Origin: Chiloscyllium plagiosum
Taxonomy: Eukaryota
Assembly (NCBI RefSeq): GCF_004010195.1
Contig: NC_057749.1
Location: forward strand, 16,080,854-16,102,471
DNA length: 21,618 nucleotides
Direction: 5' to 3'
In this document: piece by piece, positions 1 through 10,553 of the stretch
How the letters are laid out: every line of letters begins with the position of its first letter
Numbering within the stretch: the first letter of the stretch is position 1
Made by a program: the position numbers and the translations under genes
The notes under the pieces: generated by a model
Databases searched by the model: none
What the model was told of the DNA's origin: nothing
The model's input: only the letters and a program-made list of their open reading frames with translations

Positions 1-800
1 ATTGGTCCATCTGGTCCAGATCCGGTTGTAATATGAGGTGACCCTCTTCGCTGTCCACTACACCTCCAATTTTGGTGTCATCTGCAAACTCACTAACCGT
101 ACCTCTTATGCTCGCATCCAAATCATTTATGTAACTGACAAAAAGTAGAGGGCCCAGCACTGATCCTTGTGGCACTCCACTGGTCACAGGCCTCCAGTCT
201 GAAAAACAACCCTCCATCACCACCCTCTGTCTTCTACCTTTGAACCAGTTCTGTATCCAAATGGCTAGTTCTCCCTGCATTCGATGAGATCTAACCTTGC
301 TAATCAGTCTCCCATAGGGAACCTTGTCGAACGCCTTACTGAAGTCCATATAGATCACATCTACTGCTCTGCCATCATCATCAATCTTCTTTGTTACTTC
401 TTCAAGAAACTCAATCAAGTTTGTGAGACATGATTTCCCATACACAAAGCCATGTTGACTATCACAAATCAGTTCATGCCTTTCCAAATACATGTACATC
501 CTGTCCCTCAGGATTCCCTCCAACAATTTGCCCACCACCGAGGTCAGGCTCACCGGTCTATAGTTCCCTGGCTTGTCTTTACCGCCCTTCTTAAACAGTG
601 ATACCACGTTTGCCAACCTCCAGTCTTCTGGTACCTCACCTGTGACTATCGATGATACAAATGTCTCAACAAGAGGCCCAGCAATCACTTCTCTAGCTTC
701 CTTGGGTACTTGTTCTTGGGTACACCTGATCAGGTCCTGGGGATTTATCCACCTTTAACCATTTCAAGACACCCAGCACTTTCTCCTCTATAATCTGGAC
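1..800 (-). mobile_element. CR1-clade LINE, ORF2 reverse transcriptase fragment (decayed, runs off the left edge)
   Basis: The reverse complement encodes [30 protein letters not shown] and YMDFSKAFDKVP. It is the inverted homologue of ~4900-5690. Confidence 0.93.
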
Positions 801-854
801 CAGTTTTTCCTTCTAGATTTGTTTGTACTTCCTTTGTGTTGTTGATCGCATGCT

Positions 855-1120
855 CCCATTGAAATCAGAAGTTCTTGGATTTAAACCCCACTTCAGGGCT
901 TAGACACTGCAGTGCTAACCTGATTTATCAGAAGAATCCATACAATAGGTGAGACATTAAATTTAGTCCCTGTTTTTTGCTCAATGGAATATGAAAGACA
1001 CTTTAGAACTATACAAAGAAATGTGAAACAAATTCCTCCAGTCTTGATCAACAACATTGTTTATTCACTCACTTGTTTGTGAAACACAAACCAGTTGTTA
1101 CAACTATTTACATCGGTGCT
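855..1120 (+). mobile_element. Degenerate Deu-domain SINE (SacSINE1/AmnSINE-like) relic
   Basis: A B-box-like ggatttaaacccc is followed by tgagacattaaa...tccctgttttttgctcaatggaatatgaaagacac, resembling the DeuSINE core as I recall it. Highly diverged. Confidence 0.5.
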
Positions 1121-3026
1121 ACCCAAACATTTTCCCCCATGCTGAACTCATTTTAAAGTTTGAAAACTCTCAAGAACAGAGTGAGTAGGGAAAAGGGGTT
1201 TATGGAAATAATAGTATGGGAAACGACAGAGAAGGTAAGAGGCCAAGAAAGGGCTGGTTGAGAGTTCTACTGCAGCATTGCTGTTCACAACACCCAAGAT
1301 TTCAGCTCCTGAACCCCAATTTAGGAAGTCCTGGCCTACCCAGAAGTATCTGACTTAAACAGAAAGATTGTAAAAGTATTGAAGATGGTTCAGGAAGTTA
1401 CCAAGAAACCCTGTGAATGCAGATTTATTCCTTTCTTGACTCTTCGGAATAGACAGCCAAAACTATGGCACAATACTGGCTGGTATTTGTTGTCAAGTTT
1501 GAAAGAAAAGATTGGAAACCTGAAAACTTGCAATTTGCGCAATCATTCAGTGACGTTACACCTTTATAACAAATACTGTCAACCTGACTGGTTTGAAACA
1601 AAAGATTGACAATTTATTGCTCAGAATTTGATATATGACAGCAAGTAAAATACAGTGATGTGCAAAGTTGGGGGGGTTAATTGATATTTTAAATATAGTA
1701 TCACTGCTTAAAATCAGCATGAGCCATGATCATGGTTGGGAGGAAGTGCTGCCATTTGAAGTCTCACAGCATGTAAAGTATAGAGTGAAGTAAGTTGATA
1801 AGAACACTATTAATTTCTTCAGGCCTGCGATATTTAAGTGGCAACTCTCCCTGCTGATCTCATTGGATTACCATCAATCACCAGGCCATAGGTTTATTAA
1901 CTAACCATCATCTTCAAAGACTAAAACACAATTTGCAGCTCTTTCCAAAGCTACCATGCACATACAGATTTATTCAGATAACCACTGTGCTCCTGTGAAA
2001 TCAGGTGCCAAAGTTCTCTAAAGATAACAGCGGAAGGTCATGTCTACTAGACAAAGTTTAAAGCTGTGACACCAGTTTGCAAGGTAAGAAAGCAGCAAAA
2101 ATGAGGGATGGAAGGGAAAACAGAAAAACAAGAGTTAAAATAATGCAAGGGAACAAAATTGGAGAAAAGATTTTCCTAAAATTGTTGAGTGCAGAAACGA
2201 AAAAGAAATGACAAAAGTAAAATCTGAACTGAAAATAATGTCAAAAGAAAAGTAAAACAACAGTAATGCAGGAAGAATAAAAAAAAGTAAAGATTCCTCC
2301 CTACATTTTAGCAATGCACTTAAGTCTATTTAAATCCAAGTTTTTATTTATACTAATTTTAATATGAGAAATTATCATTCTAAAAAGCAAAAATTTTAAA
2401 GGTACAGCAGTATATGAGGAGACATTAGTGAGCAAAGAAGGGAGATAGACAGGAATCAAAAGTGTTTCTTCATCCCTGCTCCACCTAGCCTAGTGTTAAT
2501 AAATGCCCTGATAATAGCAATTTGTTTTTTATTTCTATGAAGACACCATTTACCCATTAGCAAATTTGAGACCAGAAACTGAGTGCTTCTGAAAGAGATT
2601 AGCACAGTAATTTAAGCTCTTCTTCCACTTCACTGTCAAATTCTTTCTTTTTGATAACTCAAAAACAAAAATCAATCATAATCAAATCAACTCAAGTTGA
2701 ATATATTTAAAAAACATTCTTAACAGTTACCTCCCTCAGGTATTCATTAGTAAAGACAAAAGAAAACTATACCCATTCAAAGGGAATGTCAAGGCAAAGA
2801 TAAAACTTTGTTTTTATTATTCAACTATATCTGAGAATTGCAGATGACTTCGTAGCCATTCCTACCTCTCTCTGGGAAAGAGATCATCTGATTATGGGAT
2901 TTAAATGGTGTAAGTACATCTCATCCACACAAGAGATGTGCCAGGATATCAGAATCAGAAAATCAGAAGACAGAGTCATTGGACATTATAAAAGCACGAT
3001 CTGGAAACAGCTACTGAACACTTGAA

Positions 3027-3150
3027 TGAGGAGCAGGAATAGGTCATTTGGACCCATCAGGCCTGCTCTGCAAATCAATAAGATCACGGGTGACCTGACT
3101 GGGGCCTTAACTTCACATTCTCATCTTCCCGATAACCTTGATCACCTTAT
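3027..3150 (-). mobile_element. CR1 LINE 3'-end fragment
   Basis: ggagcaggaataggtcatttggacccatcaggcctgctctgcaaatcaataagatcacgggtgacctg resembles the reverse complement of fish/shark CR1 3' UTRs. Confidence 0.6.
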
Positions 3151-3519
3151 TAGTCCCACTATTAATGAAATAAGGTGACAAAACAAAGATATATAACATT
3201 GCATTTCTACATAAAATAACCATCACTGTCAGGTTACAACTGCTGGCTCAGATGTCCCACAGTATCAGATAGGGAAGATCCTGCCTGACACAATCTCAGA
3301 TTTGTTTGAAGAAGTTACAACTCAATTGGCATATCCCGTAAAACTTTCAAAAGACAGCTGAAAGTCTTTTTTTTAAATGCTATTTAATCTCCAATTTATC
3401 CAGGAAAACTTGGGACATGGACACTGAACTGGCTGAAGACACTGGCTACAGGTGTAACACCAGGTGAATTTTAAGACAGCGAATAACATGCCTTCACTTT
3501 TCCTTCTGTTCTCTCTCAC

Positions 3520-3625
3520 TCAGATCTCTGTACACCTCTAATTCTGACTTTTACACATTCTCAATTTTAATTGCTCAACAATTTCCGACTATGCCTTCAT
3601 TTGCCAGCATTTTGAATTGCCTCTA
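3520..3625 (+). mobile_element. L2 LINE 3' fragment (old)
   Basis: cagatctctgtacacctctaattctgac...gccttcatttgcc...gaattgcctc is homologous to the L2 segment at ~20320-20430. Confidence 0.45.
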
Positions 3626-3665
3626 TTACAAAGATGTTCTAACTGGTTGATGGCTTACCCTCTAC

Positions 3666-3879
3666 GAGAAAGTGAGGACTGCAGATGCTGGAGATCAGAG
3701 CTGAAAATGTGTTGCTGGAAAAGCGCAGCATCCAAGGAGCAGGAGAATCGACGTTTCGGGCATGAGCCCTTCTTCAGGAATCTGATTCCTGAAGAAGGGC
3801 TCATGCCCGAAACGTCGATTCTCCTGCTCCTTGGATGTTGCCTGACCTGCTGCGCTTTTCCAGCAACACATTTTCAGCT
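3666..3879. mobile_element. Penelope-like (PLE) derived hairpin element: inverted terminal arms, each with a minimal hammerhead ribozyme motif
   Basis: Arms 3699-3782 and 3784-3879 are reverse complements; the left arm lacks 12 nt. CTGAAGA-A-GGGC-TCAT-GCCC-GAAAC-GTC occurs at 3789-3816 (+) and 3750-3777 (-). A 33-nt extra tail lies at 3666-3698. Flanking direct repeats: gcttaccctctac (3653-3665) and gcttaccctccat (3877-3889). Confidence 0.85.
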
Positions 3880-4119
3880 TACCCTCCATACCCCGAAATC
3901 AAAAATTGAAAAATATGCACCTTTCGCTTAAATTCTCAGCAATCTAAACAGACTCCCCTGCACACTGTCCCCCTCTTTCACCACCTACCTTTGTACTTCA
4001 GTCTCTCTTAGGTCCTCACAGATGTTCCGCAGCCCAATATTAATCGCTCTCTCACATAACATATTTAAAATGCTTGCTGAGCACCGCATGAACAGTGGTA
4101 TTTTGAAGCTCCCCTGCTT

Positions 4120-4335
4120 GGTCAGGGACAGAGCTGGAAAATTCTCCAAAAGAGATCTGGAAGTTTTGGTCAAGGAGGTAGTGCAAATGAGAGTTGTCTC
4201 CTGATGGACCAGCAGAGCAGGTTGCACCACTCGACCTTGGCAGGTTGGACAGAGTTCATCACCCACATCAATGCAGTCTCCACCGTCAGAGGAGTAAGGA
4301 GGTCACTGATCTTTATCCAATCCACCAGGATAAGT
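4120..4335 (+). pseudogene. Frameshifted Myb/SANT-like DNA-binding exon of a PIF/Harbinger DNA transposon (NAIF1/MSANTD-like)
   Basis: Joining two frames gives RAGKFSKRDLEVLVKEVVQMRVV../DQQSRLHHSTLAGWTEFITHINAVSTVR, the R..FS..LE.LV..V...W..I...INAVS..R pattern of Harbinger Myb/SANT proteins. It ends at a decayed donor (ccagg/ataagt, ~4329), followed by pyrimidine/CA-rich intron-like sequence. Confidence 0.65.
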
Positions 4336-4852
4336 GCCACATTCATTCACACTCACCCACCAACCATTAACTCATGCTTTGCCACTCTCACTATTGCATG
4401 CAACATCGCTCCTCGCTCACTCTCATTTCCTTTCCCATTCTTCCAGACCACTAACCCAGCATGGTTTCTGTTCAGCTTGCTCACTCCCTGGGAGCACACC
4501 CTTTTGTCAATCTGCACCAACATTAACAGCTGTGCCATCCACTTCATATAATTCAATCCCTCCCTTTCTTTCATTCCAGAAAACAGCCTACAGAAAGTCT
4601 TTAAGGGCCTGGATGTGTGGAGGGTTGCACAACTCAGTGTTCAGTGCTTACAAGGCAAGAATCCTGACTCTCACAGGAGAAAACCAGAACTACTCCTATG
4701 GAAATCATGTATCATGCAATGTAAAGGTGCTGCTCCTTTAACATGTTTATTCTGTCCTTGGTTTTATTCCCCACAAGGGGTCATAAAAGGCAGAGATTCT
4801 GACACATCTGGAAGTATTCATTTGAGAAGGCTTTTAAGTCTTTCTTTTAAAA

Positions 4853-6228
4853 CACTATGGAAGATATAGACTGTAGGGAAATAGATGGTGGCATCTTGCA
4901 AAATGCCCAGATTACAGACGAGGAATTGCTGGATGCCTTGAAACGGTTAAAGGTGGATACATCCCCAGGATCTGATCAGGTGTACCCAAGAACTATGTGG
5001 GAAGCCAGAGAAGTGACTGCTGGGCCTCTTGTTGAGGCATTTGTATCATCGATAGTCACAGGTGAGGTACCAGAAGACTGGAGGTTGCAAACGTGGTGCC
5101 AATGTTTAAGAAAGGCAGTAAAGACAAGCCAGGGAACTATAGACCCTGACCTCGGTAGCGGGCAAGTTGTTGGGAGGGAATCCTGAGGGACAGGATGTAC
5201 ATTTATTTAGAAAGGTAAGGACTGATTAGGGACAATCAACATGGCTTTGTGCATGGGAAATCATGTCTCACAAACTTGATTGAGTTTTTTGAAGAAGTAA
5301 CAAAGAAGATTGATGAGGGCAGAGCAGTAGATGTGATCTATATGGACTTCAGTAAGGCGTTCGACAAGGTTCCCCATGGGAGACTAATTAGCAAGGTTAG
5401 ATCTCATGGAATACAGGGAAAACTAGCCATTTGGATACAGAACTGGCTCAAAGGTAGAAGACATAGGGTGGCGATGGAAGGTTGTTTTTCAGACTGGAGG
5501 CTGTGACCAGTGGAGTCCCACAAGGATCGGTGCTGGGTCCTCTACTTTTTGTCATTTACATAAATAATTTGGATGTGAGCTTAAGAGATATAGCTAGTAA
5601 GTTTGCAGATGACACCAAAATTGGAGGTGTAGTGGACAGCGAAGAGGGTCACCTCAGATTACAACAGGATCTGGACTAGATGGACCAATGGGCTGAGAGG
5701 TGGCAGATGGAGCTTAATTCAGATAATGTGAGGTGTTGCATTTTGGGAAAGCAAATCTTATACACTTAATGGTAAGGTTCTAGGGCGTGTTGCTGAACAA
5801 AGAGACCTTGGAGTGCAGGTTCATAGCTCCTTGAAAATGGCATCGCAGGTAGATAGGATAGTGAAGCAGGCGTTTGGTATGCCTTTCTTTATTGGCCAGA
5901 GTATTGAGTACAGGAGTTGGGAGGTCATGTTGCGGCTGTACAGGACATTGGTTAGGCCACTGTTGGAATATTGCGTGCAATTCTGGTCTCCTTCCTATCG
6001 GAAAGATGTTGTGAAACTTGAAAGGGTTCAGAAAAGATTTACAAGGATGTTGGTACAATTGCAACATTTAAGTGGCATTTGGATGGGTATATGAATAGGA
6101 AGGGTTTGGAGGGATATGGGCCGGGTGCTGGCAGGTGGGACTAGATTGGATTGGGATATCTGCTCGGCATAGATGGGTTGGACCGAAGGGTCTGTTTCCA
6201 TGCTGTACAGCTCTATGACTTTATGACT
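4853..6228 (+). mobile_element. CR1-clade LINE, 5'-truncated ORF2 RT plus 3' UTR and tandem tail, internally deleted
   Basis: ORF pieces include [64 protein letters not shown] and LVRPLLEYCVQFWSP. Stops and frameshifts are present, with a deletion at ~6052 relative to the copy at 16990-17232. It ends in ctctatgactttatgact repeats. Confidence 0.95.
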
Positions 6229-6706
6229 TGTACAATGAAGGGTCGTGGCTAGTTCTCCCACTTCAGGGTTTGATTTGGTTTTCGCAAACAAACAGTCTGT
6301 TTGAAGCTGCTGGTCAAGTTTTAGGTTGGGAGAAAGTTCCTGGAGTCAACAGAGATTTTCTGGCTGATTCTCTCTGACATCTCTCCTGTAAGAACATGGT
6401 GTTTGATTTTATTTTTTTTTGCCACGGGGGTGTTTATGGGGATGTTGCAAGTATTTGGAACAGCATAATTAAGTTATAATAGTCGAATGGGTTTTCAGAT
6501 AGGTTGTTATTCTAAATTTGATTCTCTTTTGTTAGTGTTTCATTCAATTGTCTGAAAATAAATTCTCTTTTGTTTAAAACTGAGTGGTTTGACCAGCTGC
6601 ATCACTCCTGGAGTATCCAACTCACGCCTGCTTACACAACTAGAAAAGTTAGGGTCTGGGCTACCTTCTTGAAATGTTTTGAAGGTATCTGGCCTGGTGC
6701 ATAATA
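6229..6706 (+). mobile_element. Probable solo LTR (or LTR 3' part) of an LTR retrotransposon
   Basis: Starts TGT, has AATAAA at ~6557 and ends ...ctggcctggtgcataata (a decayed ...cataaca end). Resembles shark Gypsy-type LTRs from memory; no internal domain. Confidence 0.45.
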
Positions 6707-7156
6707 GCAATTCTATATGCTTTTTTATGGCTGTCACATGTAATAAATGCCATAACAACAATGCTTGAGTAACAAAATCACTAGGTCGTCAGCAAATTAA
6801 GAATGGAGGCACGTGTTTCCTGGAAATTATCCATTTGCACAGCAAACTAAAATCTTCTTCCATTTCATTATCTTTAACCTCTTCAGAATCTTAAACCTAA
6901 GCAGATTAGAATAGAATATCTTTTAGCAGAGTCCTCCTGTGCCCTTCAATATATCTTCAGCTGTTTTGCAGCCTAGAGACAGCGTCCTTATTAATAAATA
7001 CAGAATTTACAAGGGAATATGATAAGAAAAACACAAAACTGAAACAAGGCTTAGAAGAAATTCAAATTAACTAGGGAATTGAAACTGCTGACCACGTCCA
7101 CGATAGTCATCTGAGAAAACGTTTTCAAGAGAAAAATGAGATTTAATAAAAAATAA

Positions 7157-7306
7157 AGAACAAAAGATGCTGGAAGTCTGAAACAAAAACAGAAATTACT
7201 GGAGAAACTCAGATCTGGCAGCATCTGTGGAGGGAAATCAGAGTTAATGTGTGTTCTGAAGGAGCACTAAACCAGAAACATTAACTTTGCTTTCTCTCCA
7301 CACAGA
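7157..7306. mobile_element. Older PLE-derived hairpin element (second subfamily)
   Basis: gatgctggaagtctgaaacaaaaacagaaattactggagaaactcag...; the inverted arms ctgtggagggaaatcagagttaatgt and acattaactttgctttctctccaca flank a degenerate ctgaagga...gaaac core. Homologous to 7930-8146 and 19996-20120. Confidence 0.7.
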
Positions 7307-7426
7307 AATGAAATGTTTTTCTTAAAAAATTGAAGATTTTTGAAGACATTGAAGATACTGTTAATTCATTCTAAAATAATGTGATGAAAGTAATCATTTA
7401 CATGTAAAGGTGAAACAAAATTGATC

Positions 7427-7744
7427 GGCGGCACAGTGGCTCAGTGGTTAGCACTGCTGCCTCACAGCACCAGGGACCTGGGTTCAATTCCAGCCTCAGG
7501 CAACTGTCTGTGTGGAGTCTGCACATTCTCCCAGTGTCTGCGTGGGTTTCCTCCAGGTGCTCCAGTTTCCTCCCATAGTCACAAAGATGTGCAGGTTAGG
7601 TGAATTGGTCATACTAAATTTCCCATAGAGTTAGGTGCATTAGTTAGGGGGAATGGGTCTGGGTGGGTTACTCTTCGGAGGGTCGGTATGGACTAGTTAG
7701 GCCAAAGGGCCTGTTTCCACACTGTAGGGAATCTAATCTAATCC
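7427..7744 (+). mobile_element. tRNA-derived SINE (HE1/V-SINE type)
   Basis: A box tggctcagtgg (7437-7447), B box ggttcaattcc (7481-7491), central gtgggtttcctccaggtgctccagtttcctccca, and a CR1-like 3' end ggcctgtttccacactgta with a (aatct)n tail. Confidence 0.92.
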
Positions 7745-7759
7745 TAAATCTACAAGGCA

Positions 7760-8527
7760 TATCTTGTGTTCAGCTCTGGACACCTTACTTATAGAAGGAT
7801 ATTAAAGTCCTGGAGAGAGTGCAAAGGAGATGTACTAGAATGAGATCAGGAATCAGGGATTTTAGATACAAGGAAAGTTTAAAGAAATTGGCCTTACTCT
7901 TATTGAAACAGAGAATATTAAGAGTTGACATAAACAGAAATCGCTGGAAAATCTCAGCGAGTCTGGCATCTGTAGAGAGGAATCAAGAGTTAACATTTCA
8001 GGTTCTGAAGAAGGGTCCCTGGGTCTGAAACATTAACTCTGTTTTCTCTTCACAGATGCAGACAGACCTACTGAGATTTTCCAGCAATTTTTGTTTATGT
8101 CGCTCTCAATTTTCTCTGCTTCAGCATCCACAGCTTTTTTTTTAAGATTAAGAGGTGACTTTATTGAGGCATTTAAAACTATGAATACTTTTGACAGGGT
8201 AAAGAAAGATACTCTGTTTCAACTAGTTGGTATGTCAGAAATTAAAGGGTCACGTTTTCGAGACTGTCAACAAAGACAGCCAGGAGTGAGATGAGAAAAA
8301 AAACTTCTTTACTCAGCGTTGTTAGGATTTGGAAATGCACTACCTGGGACAGTGGTGAAGGCAGAATCCAAAGGTTTTAAAAGAGAGCTGGATATATATT
8401 TACAAGTGATAGAAGGCCACAGAGATAGGTTTGGAAAATAGGACTAGCTAGGTAGTTCTTTCAGGAACTGGTTCAAGACAGTGGGCCAAATGGCCTCCTC
8501 CTTCCTGAAAAATGTTATGATTCAATG
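7760..8527 (+). mobile_element. Older CR1 LINE 3' portion, interrupted by a PLE-derived element
   Basis: Encodes CVQLWTP../KDIKVLERVQRRCTRM..G and RLRGDFIEAFKTM, and ends ggccaaatggcctcct...ttatgattcaatg. The insertion lies at 7930-8146. Confidence 0.8.
7930..8146. mobile_element. PLE-derived hairpin element inserted in CR1
   Basis: Inverted arms at ~7927-8000 and ~8025-8101 surround ctgaagaagggtccctgggtctgaaac. Direct repeats: attaagagttgac (7917-7929) and attaagaggtgac (8147-8159). Confidence 0.8.
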
Positions 8528-8799
8528 GTGTCTTGATTATGGTCTACCTTAGGACAAAAAAAAAATCACCTAATTCTCATCTCCCCAGCAGTAATTATGC
8601 CTCAAATGTTTTGTTTGCTGCCAAGTACTTTTGGGTATTCTGAAGTGGTTCAAGATATTGAGGTATGACAGAAATGCAGGTTTCTTCTTTTGAATGCAAC
8701 CTGCCACCAATTTGCACGTATCTAAAATAGCTCACAAATCTTCGTTTTCTGATTTTGGATGTATCAACCAATGGAGCAACAGTACAAAGAACAGCCACT

Positions 8800-9090
8800 T
8801 TCAAAGGAATAGCCCAAAGTCAAATCAGCCATGAATACAGTTACAATGAGGGTGGTGGTGCTTGCACTTTTAGAGATGAATTGCTGGGGATTTGACAGTT
8901 GATGGACATCACCTTGGAATATTGGATTTACGATTTCTGGAATGAAAACCCAAGTTAGTATCACATTAAAGACAGTGAGGTTCCTTCTCACTGTCAGGGT
9001 TAAGGATCTACTAGTACTCCAAGGAAATAGAGAGAGACTGAAAGTGGTGACTGATTCAGGATCTGCACAATTGAAAATGTTTGTTCCCAA
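8800..9090 (-). mobile_element. Possible highly decayed L2 LINE fragment
   Basis: The minus strand faintly resembles the L2 ORF2 C-terminal region (TVRNLGV...TLIHAFVTSRLDYSN). Weak. Confidence 0.3.
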
Positions 9091-9470
9091 CACAATAAGG
9101 CACAAGGCTATATAGATAATGGTAGAGAAATATAGTGTATCAGTCTAACGACAATATATAAACATTGACACAAAGTTATTCAGCACCAAAAGGACTTAGC
9201 TCACTCAGAATAGGAAACCTAATTATGTCACAAATCCTTTTTAATACTTAAATTTATTAATTAATATACATTTAGTCCTCCACATTAATGGATTTATGGA
9301 ACACTCAATTGGACTCAAAATTGAGAAGAAATGTGAAGATTTCCAGATTAACAATTTAAGATGTATAATTTTACTCTGATGTAATCAATAGATGAATCAC
9401 AAAGTATTGAGACAAATTGGTGTGCATTATATGATGATGTCCATAATCATTCACACAAGTGTTGCACCAT

Positions 9471-9808
9471 GGACAGCACAGTGGCTCAGTGGTTAGCATT
9501 GCTGTTTCACAGCACCATGGACCCAGGTTTGATCCCAGCCTCGGCAGACTGTGTGGATTTTGCACATCCTCCCTATGTCTTGTGTGGGTTTCCTCGGGGT
9601 GCTCCAGTTTCCTCCCACTATCCAAAGATGTGCAGGTTAGGTGAACCAGCCATGCTAAATTGTCCATAAGTGTTCAGGGAAATGCAGTTTAGGTGCATTA
9701 GTCAAGGGAAATGTAGAGTAACAGAGTAAGGGAATGGGTTAGGGTGTGAAGGGTTGGTGTGGACTTGTTGGACCAAATGGTCTGTTTCCACACTGTAGGG
9801 ATTCTATG
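9471..9808 (+). mobile_element. tRNA-derived SINE (HE1/V-SINE type)
   Basis: Homologous to 7427-7744: A box tggctcagtgg, B box ggtttgatccc, the same core, and 3' gtctgtttccacactgtagggattctat. Confidence 0.92.
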
Positions 9809-10092
9809 CTACAGCAGAAGGCTTGGGGTTAGGTAATAGTACCTTGCTCTCACCTTAGCCAGGTTCATTCCTCATGAACCAAAATGTAATTATATGCCCT
9901 TGTGGGATGCTGAATACTGCCAGCTCACAAACACTGTTGATAATAGGTCAATTAAATATGTTAACCTTTGAAAGCAGATGCAAGCATAATTATTTCTTTT
10001 GTGAGATGTGAGCATCGCTGGCAATTCAAGCATTTGTTTTTCATCTCTTATTGTCCTTGAGAAGATGGTGGTGAGAAGGCTTTATGAAAAGG

Positions 10093-10553
10093 AACAGCAC
10101 AGTGGCTCAGGGGTTAGCACTGCTGCTTCACAGCGCTAGGGACCCGGGTTCAATTCCAGCCTCATTCTGTATGGAGTTTCCCATTCTCCCTCCTTCTGCG
10201 TAGGGTTCTCCAGGTGCTCCAGTGTCCTTCCACAGTCCAAACCTATGCAGGTTAGGTGGATTGGCCATGCTAAATTGCTAAACCTCCACCCCCAAGGCTC
10301 CGAGCCTCATTTTTGATGAAGAGCTTTTGCCCGAAACGACAATTTTCCTGCTCCTCTGACGCTGCCTGCCCTGCTGTGCTTTACCAGCACCACAATCTCG
10401 ACTCATACTAAATTGCCCCATAGTGTCCAGGGAAGTGCAGGCTAGATGAATTAACCATGGGAAACATAACTTTACTGAGATAGTGTGGATTGGGCTGAGG
10501 TGCTCTTAGAGGGTGCGAATGAACGGTTTCACTCTGTAGGGGTTCAATGACCT
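10093..10553 (+). mobile_element. tRNA-derived SINE (HE1/V-SINE type) interrupted by a PLE fragment
   Basis: A box tggctcagggg, B box ggttcaattcc and the shared core. It resumes at 10404 and ends gtttcactctgtaggggttcaatga. Confidence 0.88.
10279..10403 (+). mobile_element. PLE terminal fragment with degenerate hammerhead motif
   Basis: ttgatgaagagcttttgcccgaaacgac...cctgctcctctgacgctgcctgccctgctgtgctttaccagcaccaca is homologous to the 3789-3870 arm. Direct repeats: catgctaaattgc (10266-10278) and catactaaattgc (10404-10416). Confidence 0.85.

Noticed and set aside
3699..3879. Inverted repeat read as a DNA-transposon MITE or a miRNA precursor
   Set aside because: The one-sided tail, solo arms elsewhere, hammerhead-like core and ~13-bp duplications fit a Penelope origin better. 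Small-RNA production is not excluded but is unsupported.
3617..3931. ORFs 3617-3931 (+), 3695-3889 (-) and 15984-16187 (+) sharing LKMCCWKSAA...QENRRFGHE
   Set aside because: The shared peptide is a by-product of the repeated inverted non-coding PLE terminus, not a protein family.
4857..6094. Series of RT-like ORFs as a functional gene or a prokaryotic retron/DGR-type system
   Set aside because: These are fragments of one CR1 ORF2 broken by stops, frameshifts and deletions in a vertebrate intronic context.
7427..7500. tRNA-like sequence with A and B boxes (also at 9471 and 10093)
   Set aside because: Each continues into a shared SINE body and LINE-like tail, so they are SINE heads, not tRNA genes.
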